Positions 18,881-28,979 of a stretch of 64,000 nt of DNA are shown here, one piece after another; position 1 is the first letter of the stretch, and each line of letters opens with the position of its first letter. This DNA is from an uncultured Bifidobacterium sp. GTDB taxonomy: Bacteria; Actinomycetota; Actinomycetes; S36-B12; UBA5976. The notes under the pieces are model-generated. The model saw only the letters and a list, made by a program, of their open reading frames with translations. It did no database searches and was not told the DNA's origin. The stretch is from assembly GCA_964456135.1 (NCBI GenBank), contig CAYVZD010000002.1:16125-80124 (forward strand). The letters run 5' to 3'. Position numbers and translations under genes: made by a program.

Positions 18881-19587
18881 CCGTTCTTTAAAAGTGCACT
18901 TCTGCGTTCGGCAGCTAACGCATTTGCAAAATCATCGTCGAATTTTTCTAGTTTTAAGCCCGTAGCCGATTCCAAAATTGCATCAGCGAGTTGTGGATTT
19001 CGGGCTAGTGCCGGTCCGTGCATGTAGGTGCCGATCACGTTCCCGTGCCAAACACCTTCGGTGCGATCAAAGCCATTACCTATTCCGCTGATTACTTTGC
19101 CAAGTGGGACTACCCCCTCACCTAAATTGGTCAGTCCTTGATGGTTTTCAAAACCAGTCAAGATTGGCAAGTCATTTTTAGTTGGCTCAACAACTAACTC
19201 GCCTACGCTTCTAGGCGCAGCATTCACTGAGGTGTGGGCATCCACTAAACCAAGTCCATCGATAATTAATCCATCAGGCCCAGGAAGCGATGTGCCAATT
19301 ACCTGGAAACCTGCACATACCGCGAATACCGTTGCACCGTTATTAACTGCTGCTGTTAATCCGCCATCTTTTGCCATGAGCTCAAGACTTACTGTTTGCG
19401 GGCCATCTTCGCCACCGCCGAGTAAATAAATGTTGCCACTTTGTGGAATAGCCATGCCAGGAGTAACTTCAATTAATTCAGTGTCTATTTGGCGCGCCTT
19501 GGCACGATGAATTAAAACTTCAGCATTACCTTGATCGCCGTATGTGCCAAGCAAGTCGTGATAGAGCCGAACGATAGTTAAAGTCAC
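18877..19587 (-). CDS. gatD: lipid II isoglutaminyl synthase, glutaminase subunit (GatD, CobB/CobQ-like GATase)
   Basis: 236 aa with LYHDLLGTYGDQGN, nucleophile context FAVCAGFQ, and GTYMHGP. A 4-nt overlap links it to the upstream murT-like gene. Confidence 0.85.
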   Translation of the reverse strand: MTLTIVRLYHDLLGTYGDQGNAEVLIHRAKARQIDTELIEVTPGMAIPQSGNIYLLGGGEDGPQTVSLELMAKDGGLTAAVNNGATVFAVCAGFQVIGTSLPGPDGLIIDGLGLVDAHTSVNAAPRSVGELVVEPTKNDLPILTGFENHQGLTNLGEGVVPLGKVISGIGNGFDRTEGVWHGNVIGTYMHGPALARNPQLADAILESATGLKLEKFDDDFANALAAERRSALLKNG

Positions 19588-20780
19588 CGACCGACTCCCT
19601 TGGTATGAATACCTTTTTGCGCAGCAGTTAAGTCAGCAAATGCCGTGTAACTAGCTATTGCTTCTATTGTTCCTTGCGGCAGCGCTTGAACAGCCATGGC
19701 AAAACTATCTGCAATCTGTACATCTATACCTTGAACTTTAAGTCGATAGGCAATATCTAATTTACGTTCGCCAATACAAACAACTTTCCGATCCTGGAGG
19801 GCAGAAAAATCTATGTCCCAAAGCCATGAAGTATCTCGGCCATCAATACCCCGGGCATTGAGTGACAAAATAATGTTGGAGCAAGTTAACGAGGCTAAAC
19901 TTTCGCGCCAGCTTTCGGGATTCTTTGCCAACCTAGTCGGAACATGTCTTTGCGCAACGGTAAATACATCAACGCGATCTGGCGGATTAGTAGTTAACTC
20001 TTCTTGAAGTTCAATTGGCACGGTTGCGCCCATCAACCGAGCAGCTTCTACGGCAAGTAGGGCATTTCTTGCTGGCCCAGAAAAACTTTTGTTTGCTCGC
20101 ACTTGAGCTAAAGCACTTCCTAGGCCACAACTACATCTATAGTCGCCAAGGGACCAGTCGAGTATTTTTGCACAATTTGGACAGGTGGCGGCATCCGGAT
20201 GTCGTCGTCCCCCAAAAGTAACTCGAATAACGTGACCAGCATTTGCAGCCGCGTACTCTAAAAACGGATCATCCCGATCAATAATTATGGTCACATCGTC
20301 TTTGGTAAAAGTGTTATGCCATAAATTTGCCACTTTACGAACTTCGCCCGTTCGATGTAACTGATCGCGCGAAAGATTCAAAAGCACAATCACTTTTGGT
20401 GCAAGTAATTCATACATTGTTGGTAGATAAAGTTCGTCGCACTCAAGTACTACAAAGCGATGTTTAGGCTTTTGCGCCAAAGCGGCAGCGATGCCGGCTG
20501 CCATATTTGCACCGGTTTCACTGGTATTAACTTTTTCTCCAGTACCAACTTCTAAAATTCTGGCTAAGTTAGCAGTCGTCGTTGTTTTACCATTGGTGCC
20601 ACTGACAATTACTATGTCGCGCCTGGCAGCTAATTTCTTGATCGCGTCTTTATCAATGGCCAAGATGACTCGGCCCTTAATTGTTTCACCTCGGCCACGT
20701 TTGAGAACTTTTGAGACAGTTCCGGCACCTTGCCCAGCCAGGTTTGCAAATGCTAGCCGAACTCTTTTATCACCGGCCAT
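19584..20780 (-). CDS. murT: Mur ligase family protein MurT (lipid II isoglutaminyl synthase ligase subunit)
   Basis: 398 aa with P-loop SGTNGKTTTT, a Cys4 ribbon CPNCAKILDW...YRCSCG and a C-terminal DUF1727-like region. It is paired with gatD. Confidence 0.85.
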   Translation of the reverse strand: MAGDKRVRLAFANLAGQGAGTVSKVLKRGRGETIKGRVILAIDKDAIKKLAARRDIVIVSGTNGKTTTTANLARILEVGTGEKVNTSETGANMAAGIAAALAQKPKHRFVVLECDELYLPTMYELLAPKVIVLLNLSRDQLHRTGEVRKVANLWHNTFTKDDVTIIIDRDDPFLEYAAANAGHVIRVTFGGRRHPDAATCPNCAKILDWSLGDYRCSCGLGSALAQVRANKSFSGPARNALLAVEAARLMGATVPIELQEELTTNPPDRVDVFTVAQRHVPTRLAKNPESWRESLASLTCSNIILSLNARGIDGRDTSWLWDIDFSALQDRKVVCIGERKLDIAYRLKVQGIDVQIADSFAMAVQALPQGTIEAIASYTAFADLTAAQKGIHTKGVGR

Positions 20781-20788
20781 AAGAAAAA

Positions 20789-21184
20789 TTACTTAACGAA
20801 TTCACCGCGGTAGTACTCGAAAAGCAATGCAGCGACTGCGGCAATTATCGCCATGGTGCCAAGAACCATTAACCAACGAGCGAATACGAATCCAAGTACG
20901 AAAATAAACGTTGCAAAACCAATGGCCAGTGGAGTCCAGGAATGCGGTGAGAAAAAGCCGTAATCAGAATCGATATCTGAAATCCGAGCATATTCAACAT
21001 CCTCGGGCAATGTTCCAACTCGATTAGAAGTGAACAACGTATAAAAACCGATTAAGAACGATAAGCCGCCAGTTAACGCTAATACTGTTGTGCCGATAAC
21101 TTCCTGGGTCATGTACCAGTAAACAACTGTGACAATTGCGTAAAAAATTGTGAACGCAATAAAAAGTTTTCCACCAAACTTCAT
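20789..21184 (-). CDS. ctaF: cytochrome c oxidase subunit IV (actinobacterial CtaF)
   Basis: 131 aa with 4 TM helices, located immediately downstream of ctaD. Confidence 0.8.
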   Translation of the reverse strand: MKFGGKLFIAFTIFYAIVTVVYWYMTQEVIGTTVLALTGGLSFLIGFYTLFTSNRVGTLPEDVEYARISDIDSDYGFFSPHSWTPLAIGFATFIFVLGFVFARWLMVLGTMAIIAAVAALLFEYYRGEFVK

Positions 21185-21187
21185 GGT

Positions 21188-22885
21188 TTAACGACCTTTC
21201 CCAGCAATAAAGTCAGCAATTTCCTGACGTGCTTCTGGACTTAAGTCCGTGTGCTCAACATGGTGTAAATCAAATGCTGGACGTTCACTTCGAATCGGTG
21301 GGATTGAAGTGAAGTTGTGACGTGGCGGTGGTGACGAAGTTGCCCACTCAAGTGATGCACCCCAGCCCCATGGATCGTCTTGGTTGACCATCGGTGCTCG
21401 TTTGTAGGTGATGTAAACATTCCAGAAAAATACGAATGTTGAAGCACCCAAAACGATCGAACCAATAGTTGAAACGATGTTTAACGTGGTGAAGCCATCG
21501 CTGGCTAAATAATCTGAGTAGCGACGAGGCATGCCTTCGGCACCCAACCAGTGTTGAACTAGGAATGTTAAATGGAAGCCAAAGAAAACAAGCCAGAAGT
21601 GCAACTTAGCTAACTTCTCGTCCATCATGCGGCCAGTAAATTTTGGCCACCAGAAATAGAAGCCAGCGAACATCGCAAACACCACGGTGCCAAATAGCAC
21701 GTAGTGGAAGTGCGCTACTACGAAGTAGGTGTCACTGACGTGGAAGTCAATCGGAGGTGCGGCCAACAAAATACCGGTTAAGCCACCGAATAAGAATGTG
21801 GCTAGGAAGCCGATGATCCAAAGCATCGGTGATTCAAATGTGACTGAGCCTCGCCACATTGTGCCAATCCAGTTAAAGAATTTAACGCCGGTCGGCACCG
21901 CAATCAGCATCGTCATGAATGAAAAGAATGGCAAACTCACGGCTCCAGTTACATACATGTGGTGTGCCCAAACTGAAACAGACAGCGCAGCAATCGCAAT
22001 TGTTGCGTAGACCAAGCCTTTATAACCAAAAATCGGTTTGCGGCTAAAAACTGGCAAAATTTCTGACGCTATACCAAAGAACGGTAGCGCCAGAATGTAA
22101 ACCTCAGGGTGACCAAAGAACCAGAACAAATGTTGCCAAAGTATTGCGCCACCGTTTTCTGCGGCGAATACTTGTGTACCAAATTTACGATCACTTTCAA
22201 GCATCAACATCGCAGCAGCTAGAACTGGGAACGCCATCAAAACCAAAATACTTGTAACTAAAACGTTCCAAGTAAATAGCGGCATACGGAACATGGTCAT
22301 ACCTGGTGCGCGCATTGTGAAAATTGTCGTGATGAAGTTCACTGCACCCAAAATCGAAGCCATGCCAGACATAGTCAGACCCATAATCCAAAGATCAGAA
22401 CCAATGTTCGGTGAGTTAACTACGTTTGATAACGGTGCATATGCAAACCAACCAAAACCTGCTGCGCCGCCTGGGGTCAAAAAGCCCAACATTACGATCA
22501 TGCCGCCGAAGAAGTACAGCCAGTAGCTGATCATGTTTAACCGCGGGAAGGATACGTCTGGTGATCCGATTTGCAGCGGCATGATTGCGTTTGCAAAACC
22601 AGCAAATAACGCAGTTGCGAATAAGAAGAGCATCAGGGTGCCGTGCATTGTGAACAATTGGTTGTACTGCTCGTTACTGAAGAACTGTAAACCTGGTGAA
22701 GCTAACTCAGCACGAATACCGAGCGCCATCGCTCCAGCTAGCACAAAGAAAATAAACGAGGTAATCATGTACAAATTACCGATCACCTTGTGATCAGTAG
22801 AGGTAATCCACTTAATAACTGTGCGACCTTTAGTACTTGGTCGACTCGGACCAGTTGCTGTAACTGGTTTATCGAGAAGGGCCAT
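21188..22885 (-). CDS. ctaD: cytochrome c oxidase subunit I
   Basis: 565 aa with haem-copper oxidase signatures [11 protein letters not shown] and HHMY...VPTG...HFHYV. Confidence 0.95.
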   Translation of the reverse strand: MALLDKPVTATGPSRPSTKGRTVIKWITSTDHKVIGNLYMITSFIFFVLAGAMALGIRAELASPGLQFFSNEQYNQLFTMHGTLMLFLFATALFAGFANAIMPLQIGSPDVSFPRLNMISYWLYFFGGMIVMLGFLTPGGAAGFGWFAYAPLSNVVNSPNIGSDLWIMGLTMSGMASILGAVNFITTIFTMRAPGMTMFRMPLFTWNVLVTSILVLMAFPVLAAAMLMLESDRKFGTQVFAAENGGAILWQHLFWFFGHPEVYILALPFFGIASEILPVFSRKPIFGYKGLVYATIAIAALSVSVWAHHMYVTGAVSLPFFSFMTMLIAVPTGVKFFNWIGTMWRGSVTFESPMLWIIGFLATFLFGGLTGILLAAPPIDFHVSDTYFVVAHFHYVLFGTVVFAMFAGFYFWWPKFTGRMMDEKLAKLHFWLVFFGFHLTFLVQHWLGAEGMPRRYSDYLASDGFTTLNIVSTIGSIVLGASTFVFFWNVYITYKRAPMVNQDDPWGWGASLEWATSSPPPRHNFTSIPPIRSERPAFDLHHVEHTDLSPEARQEIADFIAGKGR

Positions 22886-22887
22886 AA

Positions 22888-23703
22888 TTACTCTCCTACT
22901 CCTGCATCAACAGCTCGGCCAGTATCGAGTATTCCGGACTGGCCTTTTGCTTTTAATTCCGCGATGTGCGCATCAAATTCAGCGCGCGTTACAACTTTCA
23001 CGTCGAAAATCATTCGGGCATGATCGACGCCACATAATTCAGCACACTTACCTGGAAAGACTCCGAGTTTGTTTGGAGTAACAGTGAATTCATTAGTTCG
23101 TCCTGGAATTAAATCCATCTTGGTTAAGAATGCTGGAATCCAGAATGAGTGAATAACATCTGGCGAAGTTAAAGAAAACTTAACTTTTTCATCAACTGGT
23201 AACCAAAGTACTGGACGCTCTCCTGGAGTACCGACATCGTAGGCGCCAGCTTCTAAATAATTGAAAGCCCAAGACCAGCGCCAGCCAACAACATTTACGC
23301 TGTGTTTTTGATCGCCTGGATTTTCAGTCAATATTTTTTGATCGCGAGCAGTGAACCAGAAAAGTGCCAAAATCATAATTAACGGGATAACCGTGTACAT
23401 AATTTCTAACGGAATGTGGTACTTAGTTTGCTCTGGCAAGCCATCGCCTTTTTTGCGGCGATAAAAAATAATTGCCCAAATCAGTAAGCCCCAAACAAGT
23501 AAGCCAACGAGTATCGCGGCAATCCATGAACCTTGCCATAAAGATAAAATTCGAGGTGCTTCTTCGGTAGCAGGTTCTGGCATACCTAAGCGACCCATTT
23601 CAGTGTCACTCGCGCAACTAGAAAGAAGTAGTGAACTGATTAACACCGATAAACCAAAACCGAGACGTTTACGTTGCACTTTGCTATCTACCTGTTTCTT
23701 CAC
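22888..23703 (-). CDS. ctaC: cytochrome c oxidase subunit II
   Basis: 271 aa with a lipoprotein-like signal (LLLSSCAS), two TM helices and the CuA site HSFWIP...[12 protein letters not shown]. Confidence 0.9.
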   Translation of the reverse strand: MKKQVDSKVQRKRLGFGLSVLISSLLLSSCASDTEMGRLGMPEPATEEAPRILSLWQGSWIAAILVGLLVWGLLIWAIIFYRRKKGDGLPEQTKYHIPLEIMYTVIPLIMILALFWFTARDQKILTENPGDQKHSVNVVGWRWSWAFNYLEAGAYDVGTPGERPVLWLPVDEKVKFSLTSPDVIHSFWIPAFLTKMDLIPGRTNEFTVTPNKLGVFPGKCAELCGVDHARMIFDVKVVTRAEFDAHIAELKAKGQSGILDTGRAVDAGVGE

Positions 23704-23797
23704 TTGGTCAAAACCCTCTGAAATATTGGACTTTACCTCTTCAGACTAGCGCAAACCCATTTAAACTATGCGTTTGCCAGGGTACCTAGGGCGACTG

Positions 23798-24544
23798 TCA
23801 GGACTGCGAATACCTCGAAAATCTGGGCTCGATTTGAAGCAATTTTGTTAGTTGCGCCACATAGGAAGTCCGACTTATTTCCTTTACACCAAGAGTGGCT
23901 AGGTGGTCAGTTTGCCATTGGCAATCAATTAGCCGACCGTCCCCATCGTTTAGTTGCTGGGCTAGAAAAACTAACGCAGCTTTAGAGGCGTCAGTCACAT
24001 TATGAAACATGGATTCACCGGCAAAAAGTCCGCCAACTTCTACCCCGTATAAGCCACCGACTATTTGGCCCCTTAAATTTCGAACTTCAATTGAGTGAGC
24101 AAATCCCAAGTTGTGTAATTCCAGGTAGGCCACAATGACCTGTTCGGTAATCCACCCTGAAGGCCGCGTAGGTGATCCACAATTGCGAATGACAAACTCG
24201 AAATCTTGATTCACAGTAAAGCTGAATTTCTTGATTGATTTTTTTAGCGAATTCGAAATTTTGATTTTTGCTGGATCTAAAACGCCTCGCGGATTTGGTG
24301 ACCACCAGCTAATTACTAAAGGGCTTTCTTTTGCATCTAAGGGCATTGGAAAATAACCATTTTTATATGCCCAAATCAAAACCTCAGAATTCCAAGTGCT
24401 GCCATCAGCAATTAGTTTTGGCCAGTTACCACCTGGAGTTAAGTAAATTGGTTCACCAGTTATATCCGTTTGACCAACGGCAACTAACTCGACATCTTCT
24501 GGCACTGTTGCCAGATCTGGAAAGTCAAAGTTTCCAGTTTTCAT
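23798..24544 (-). CDS. aat: leucyl/phenylalanyl-tRNA--protein transferase
   Basis: 248 aa. By-eye alignment to E. coli Aat matches YKNGYFPM, WWSPNPRGVL, GWITEQVIVAYLELHNLGFAHSIEV, GGLYGV..GGLFAGESMF and LIDCQ. A 4-nt ATGA overlap links it to the upstream kinase gene. Confidence 0.8.
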   Translation of the reverse strand: MKTGNFDFPDLATVPEDVELVAVGQTDITGEPIYLTPGGNWPKLIADGSTWNSEVLIWAYKNGYFPMPLDAKESPLVISWWSPNPRGVLDPAKIKISNSLKKSIKKFSFTVNQDFEFVIRNCGSPTRPSGWITEQVIVAYLELHNLGFAHSIEVRNLRGQIVGGLYGVEVGGLFAGESMFHNVTDASKAALVFLAQQLNDGDGRLIDCQWQTDHLATLGVKEISRTSYVAQLTKLLQIEPRFSRYSQS

Positions 24545-25518
24545 GCCAATAAGTGAGTCTTCACTTCATCTGCCGCCGCTGATCCATAAGCTGCGGCAAG
24601 TCGTTCGATAAAAACTGTTTTTTCTAAATGAAACTCTTGTGTGCCCACAGTCTCGATCACGTAGGTAGCGAGTAACGCGCCAACTTGCGCACACCGTTCA
24701 AGTCCTAGCCCCCAACTCAAGCCAGTAATAAACCCAGCTCGAAAAGCGTCGCCAACACCTGTTGGATCTTTAATTTGCTTTTCTTGGGCAACCGGAACTC
24801 TCAGATCAATTCCATCTTTAGATTGGATATGCACGCCGTTTTTGCCAAGAGTCGTAACTCTGATTCCAACATGATCAAGTACTTGACTTTCATTCCAGCC
24901 AGTTCGCTCTTGAATCAACTTAGATTCGTACTCATTGTTGAAAAGATAATTAGCTCCATCAACAATCTCAACGGTGTCTTGTCCGCTTAATCGTGGAAGT
25001 TGCTGTGACGGATCACTGATAAAAGAAATACCGGCTGCTTTACATGCTTTAACGTGTTTGATCATTGCCGACGGATCATCAGCGCCAATTAAGACCAGGT
25101 CCAGACCGCCAACTTTGTTAGAAATACTCTCAATATCAATTTGATTTGATTCAGACATTGCACCTGGATAAAACGAAGCAATCTGATTTTGCTCTTGATC
25201 TGTAGTGCACATAAAACGAGCAGTATGAGCTGTTTTTGAAGTATGGACATGCTCGCACTTAACACCAACATTTTGAAGCCAGTCACGGTAACCATCAAAA
25301 TCATGGCCAACTGCAGCAATTAAATAAGGTTGCTGGCCTAATGTGCCCATGCCAAAACAAATGTTCGCTGCTACTCCGCCTCGGCGAATTTGTAAGTCAT
25401 CAACTAAAAAAGATAGCGAAACATTATGTAGCTGATCAGCCATCAGCGAGTCATTGAATTTACCCGGAAATGTCATCAAGTGGTCAGTAGCTACTGAACC
25501 TGTGATACCTACTCGCAC
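24541..25518 (-). CDS. PfkB-family carbohydrate/nucleoside kinase (adenosine kinase-like)
   Basis: 325 aa with the ribokinase-family C-terminal motif DPTGVGDAFRAGF. The position is syntenic with mycobacterial adoK. Confidence 0.8.
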   Translation of the reverse strand: MRVGITGSVATDHLMTFPGKFNDSLMADQLHNVSLSFLVDDLQIRRGGVAANICFGMGTLGQQPYLIAAVGHDFDGYRDWLQNVGVKCEHVHTSKTAHTARFMCTTDQEQNQIASFYPGAMSESNQIDIESISNKVGGLDLVLIGADDPSAMIKHVKACKAAGISFISDPSQQLPRLSGQDTVEIVDGANYLFNNEYESKLIQERTGWNESQVLDHVGIRVTTLGKNGVHIQSKDGIDLRVPVAQEKQIKDPTGVGDAFRAGFITGLSWGLGLERCAQVGALLATYVIETVGTQEFHLEKTVFIERLAAAYGSAAADEVKTHLLA

Positions 25519-25539
25519 AAGTAACGACTCTAACGAAAG

Positions 25540-25574
25540 AATCCCGCAGTCGGCAGGCGACTACGGGATTTTTT
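25540..25574 (-). terminator. stem-loop between erpA and the PfkB kinase gene (possible intrinsic terminator or attenuator)
   Basis: A 13-bp stem (25540-25552 with 25558-25570) encloses a 5-nt loop. The single mismatch is C.A on the plus strand but becomes a G.U wobble in minus-strand RNA. On the minus strand the stem is followed by UUCUUUCGUU. Confidence 0.45.
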
Positions 25575-25584
25575 CTAATTCGAT

Positions 25585-25932
25585 TTAGTGGAAAGAATCG
25601 CCACAGGCACATGAACCAGTGGCATTTGGATTATCGATGGTAAAGCCTTGTTTTTCGATTGTGTCAACAAAATCGATCACGGCACCACCAAGGTACGGAA
25701 CGCTCATTCGATCGACAACAACGCCAACTCCGCTAATTTCTTGGCGCACATCACCATCTAGATTGCGGTCATCAAAGAAAAGTTGATAACGAAGTCCAGA
25801 GCAACCACCCGGTTGTACTGCAATTCGAAGATTTAAGTCGTCGCGACCTTCTTGGTCAAGTAATGCGCGAACTTTGTTCGCTGCGACATCAGTAAGGACT
25901 ACTGACGAACTCTGGGTTGCTTCCGTTGTCAT
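25585..25932 (-). CDS. erpA: iron-sulfur cluster insertion protein (HesB/IscA/ErpA family)
   Basis: 115 aa with GGCSGLRY and the C-terminal CACGDSFH signature. Confidence 0.9.
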   Translation of the reverse strand: MTTEATQSSSVVLTDVAANKVRALLDQEGRDDLNLRIAVQPGGCSGLRYQLFFDDRNLDGDVRQEISGVGVVVDRMSVPYLGGAVIDFVDTIEKQGFTIDNPNATGSCACGDSFH

Positions 25933-26025
25933 GACACTCCTGCTCGGAAAATTTGTTACTTATTGCAACCCGAATGGTTCAACAAGTATTCCCTTGATTT
26001 TAACTTGATTTAGCCCGATCACAAC

Positions 26026-27138
26026 TTATTCTCGGCGACCCCAAGTTTTGGCTACCCGACTGGCTACTTCCCTGATTACTTGCGCAGCATTCCCCATTGA
26101 ATGCTCTTTGCCGGCGATCTCTGACATTGAATAAGCAGCATCGATACCAGCTGAAAGGTACTCGCGCTTACCTAATCTAACTTCACCAGCAATAACCACA
26201 CATGGCTTACTTGCTGTAACACAGTGAGCGGCAACTCCGATTGCGACTTTGCCTTGGAGACTTTGATCATCCAGGCAGCCCTCGCCCGTAATTATCAAGT
26301 CAGCAATTGAGATTTTTTCGTCGAGTGAAACGATCTGCATAACTGTTTCAATGCCAGCAACTCTTTGGGCACCGATTAGTAATAGGCCGTAGCCCAGCCC
26401 GCCAGCCGCGCCAGCACCTAAAGCAACTGCTGGATTTTTACCATCACTTCTTACTCCACAAACTTGTGCAAAATTTTCTAAAGCACCTTCAAGCCGCATA
26501 ATGCTTTCTTCGGTTGCACCTTTTTGTTTGCCAAAAACATTGGTGGCTCCACGAAGGCCAAGTAATGGATTATCAACATCGCTTGCGCAGATCAATTTAA
26601 CACCAGCCACTGCTGAGAGTGCTTTGGTTAAATCGATTGTTGTCACCGTAGAAAGTGCGGCTCCACCCGTTGCTAAAGGTGCATCGGCAATCGCGCCGAG
26701 TGCAGCCAACATCCCAGCGCCACCATCATTGGTGCCGCTACCGCCAAGACCAATTGTTATTTCAGTGGCGCCAGATTCGATAGCTGCCATGATTAATTCA
26801 CCGACTCCGTATGTGGTGGTGAATTGCGGATCTCGTTGAGCTTTTGGAATTAAATGCAAGCCACAAGCTTGAGCAGATTCGATCCAAGCCTGATTTTCAA
26901 GTAATGCATACTGGGCTAAAACTTTCTCGCCGAGCGGTCCGGTTACTACGAGTGGAACTTCCGTTGCGCCCAGCGCAGTTGCTATGGCTGATACGAACCC
27001 TGGTCCGCCATCAGATAGAGGCGCGATGTCGACTTGATCTTCGGGGTAAATTTCATGCCATCCCTGAGCAATCGATGTTGCTGCCTGCGCTGAAGTCAAA
27101 GTTCCAGTGAAGCAATCTGGGCTGACCAAAATCCTCAT
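26026..27138 (-). CDS. glycerate kinase
   Basis: Glycerate-kinase family features are present: MRILVSPDCFTG, GGSGTNDGGAGM, ITGEGCLDDQSL. I place the start at the ATG at 27138 (MRILVSPD...) rather than the ORF-track start at 27219, which would overlap the divergent gene. Confidence 0.85.
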   Translation of the reverse strand: MRILVSPDCFTGTLTSAQAATSIAQGWHEIYPEDQVDIAPLSDGGPGFVSAIATALGATEVPLVVTGPLGEKVLAQYALLENQAWIESAQACGLHLIPKAQRDPQFTTTYGVGELIMAAIESGATEITIGLGGSGTNDGGAGMLAALGAIADAPLATGGAALSTVTTIDLTKALSAVAGVKLICASDVDNPLLGLRGATNVFGKQKGATEESIMRLEGALENFAQVCGVRSDGKNPAVALGAGAAGGLGYGLLLIGAQRVAGIETVMQIVSLDEKISIADLIITGEGCLDDQSLQGKVAIGVAAHCVTASKPCVVIAGEVRLGKREYLSAGIDAAYSMSEIAGKEHSMGNAAQVIREVASRVAKTWGRRE

Positions 27139-27163
27139 GTGGGGCAGGTTAGCATTAATCACT

Positions 27164-27721
27164 ATGAGTACCAGTGACAAATCTAGTTCCGGTAAGGGCC
27201 GTCCGACTCCAAAGCGCAAGGAAGTTGAAGCGCAGCGAAAACAAGGTTTTAGTGCGAAGCGCGGAACAAAGGAAGCTAAGCGTGCTGCTCGTGAACGCGC
27301 AAGAGAAATGCGTGCACAGGCTCGAGCTGGTTTAGCTGCTGGTGACCCAAGATACTTCCCGCGACGTGATGCTGGGCCAGTGAAAGCCCGAGTTCGCGAT
27401 TACATCGATTCGCGACGCACAGTTGGCGAAGTTTTTGTTGTCGTAGCATTTTTAGTTCTAGCTCTGGGTCTGATTAATAACGCTCAACTTCAGGCAGTTG
27501 TAGTTTTTGCTTGGACTGCGGTCCTACTACTTGTCTTAATTGACACCACCATTGTCGGCTTATTACTAGCGCGAACCTTGCGTAAAGAATTTCCAGAAAA
27601 GGCAGATCGCAGAGGTGCAGTTTCATACGGTGTGCTGCGGGCATTGCAAATAAGAAAATTTCGAATTCCACCGCCCCGCGTTCGTCCCGGTGGTAAACCC
27701 ATCGCGCAGAAAAATAAGTAA
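27164..27721 (+). CDS. DUF3043-like membrane protein
   Basis: It has a basic N-terminus (GKGRPTPKRKEVEAQRK...) followed by two TM helices, and it is syntenic with the mycobacterial gene next to glycerate kinase. I prefer the ATG at 27164 over the GTG at 27107. Confidence 0.65.
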   Translation: MSTSDKSSSGKGRPTPKRKEVEAQRKQGFSAKRGTKEAKRAARERAREMRAQARAGLAAGDPRYFPRRDAGPVKARVRDYIDSRRTVGEVFVVVAFLVLALGLINNAQLQAVVVFAWTAVLLLVLIDTTIVGLLLARTLRKEFPEKADRRGAVSYGVLRALQIRKFRIPPPRVRPGGKPIAQKNK

Positions 27722-27733
27722 CTAGGAGAAAAA

Positions 27734-28741
27734 ATGGAATTTCGTTACTTAGGAAATAGTGGACTACTAGTTTCAGAAATTTCATACGGCAACTGGATAA
27801 CTCATGCTTCACAAGTAGCTGAAGATACGGCAATTGCTTGTGTTCAGGCAGCACTTGATGCCGGGATTTCAACTTTCGATACTGCAGATGTTTATGCAAA
27901 TACGGCCGCCGAAGAAGTTCTGGGCCGAGCCTTAAAAGGTCAGCGACGAGAGTCACTTGAAATTTTCACTAAGGTTTACTGGCCCACAGGACCTCGGGGC
28001 CATAACGATTGTGGCTTATCTCGCAAACACATCATGGAGTCTTGTAACGCATCACTAAAACGACTTGGCACCGACTACATAGACCTTTATCAAGCGCACA
28101 GATTCGATGTAACTACTCCACTTGAAGAAACGCTTATTGCGTTTGATGATTTAGTCCGGCAAGGAAAAGTACTTTACATCGGTTTCTCAGAATGGAATGC
28201 CAGCCAAATTACGCAGGCAATAAAAATTGCTAAAGAACTTGGGTTAACTAAATTCATTTCCAGTCAGCCACAATATTCAATGTTGTGGCGGGTAATTGAA
28301 TCTGAAGTCGATCCACTGTGCCGGGAAAATGGAATCAGTCACATAGTTTGGTCACCTATTGCGCAAGGTGTACTAACTGGCAAATATTTACCTGGTCAAC
28401 CACCACCAGCTGATAGTCGAGCGACTTCTAGTGAAGGTGGTTCTGTTACCGACAGATTCTTAAAAGATGACATTTTGACTGCCGTACAAAACTTGAAACC
28501 TATTGCTAAAGAACTTGATCTGACCATGGCGCAGCTGGCAGTTGCTTGGGTCCTTCAGAACAAAAACGTGGCCAGTGCCATTGTTGGAGCATCTAAACCA
28601 GAACAAATCACCGAAGCTGCCAAAGCAAGTGGAGTTAAGTTATCGACAGATGTCTTGTCAGCGATAGATCGGGCACTTGCTGGTGTTATCGCTACCGACC
28701 CTCGACTGACTGTTTCGCCTGAAGATCGTCCAATTTGGTAA
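27734..28741 (+). CDS. aldo/keto reductase
   Basis: 335-aa AKR-family protein. The pattern includes FDTADVYANTAAEEVLG, YIDLYQAHRFD and the IVGASKPEQI region. Confidence 0.85.
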   Translation: MEFRYLGNSGLLVSEISYGNWITHASQVAEDTAIACVQAALDAGISTFDTADVYANTAAEEVLGRALKGQRRESLEIFTKVYWPTGPRGHNDCGLSRKHIMESCNASLKRLGTDYIDLYQAHRFDVTTPLEETLIAFDDLVRQGKVLYIGFSEWNASQITQAIKIAKELGLTKFISSQPQYSMLWRVIESEVDPLCRENGISHIVWSPIAQGVLTGKYLPGQPPPADSRATSSEGGSVTDRFLKDDILTAVQNLKPIAKELDLTMAQLAVAWVLQNKNVASAIVGASKPEQITEAAKASGVKLSTDVLSAIDRALAGVIATDPRLTVSPEDRPIW

Positions 28742-28779
28742 ATCTTCTACCCTTATCAATTTTTAATTAGCTGCTGTGC

Positions 28780-28975
28780 TACGTTTGCATAACTGCATTA
28801 CCAGCGAAGTCCGGTGAAATCCCGGCGCTGTCCCGCAACTGTAATTTGGTACCAAAATTTTTGGAAACCATGAGCCAGGTCGCCTGTTACTGCATTCGTT
28901 AAAAACTCTCGAGGAAGAGTTCGTCGATGCACTCCTTTGGTGTTCGCCGAGTTTTTCTTCGGCCACATTAGGAGA
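28780..28975 (+). promoter_or_regulatory. cobalamin (B12) riboswitch
   Basis: Core consensus GCGAAGTCCGGTGAAATCCCGGCGCTGTCCCGCAACTGTAA lies at ~28804-28844. A B12-box-like GAGCCAGGTCGCCTG lies at 28872-28886. Downstream hairpins precede the AGGAG RBS of a periplasmic-binding-protein gene. Boundaries are approximate. Confidence 0.85.
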
Positions 28976-28979
28976 CAAA

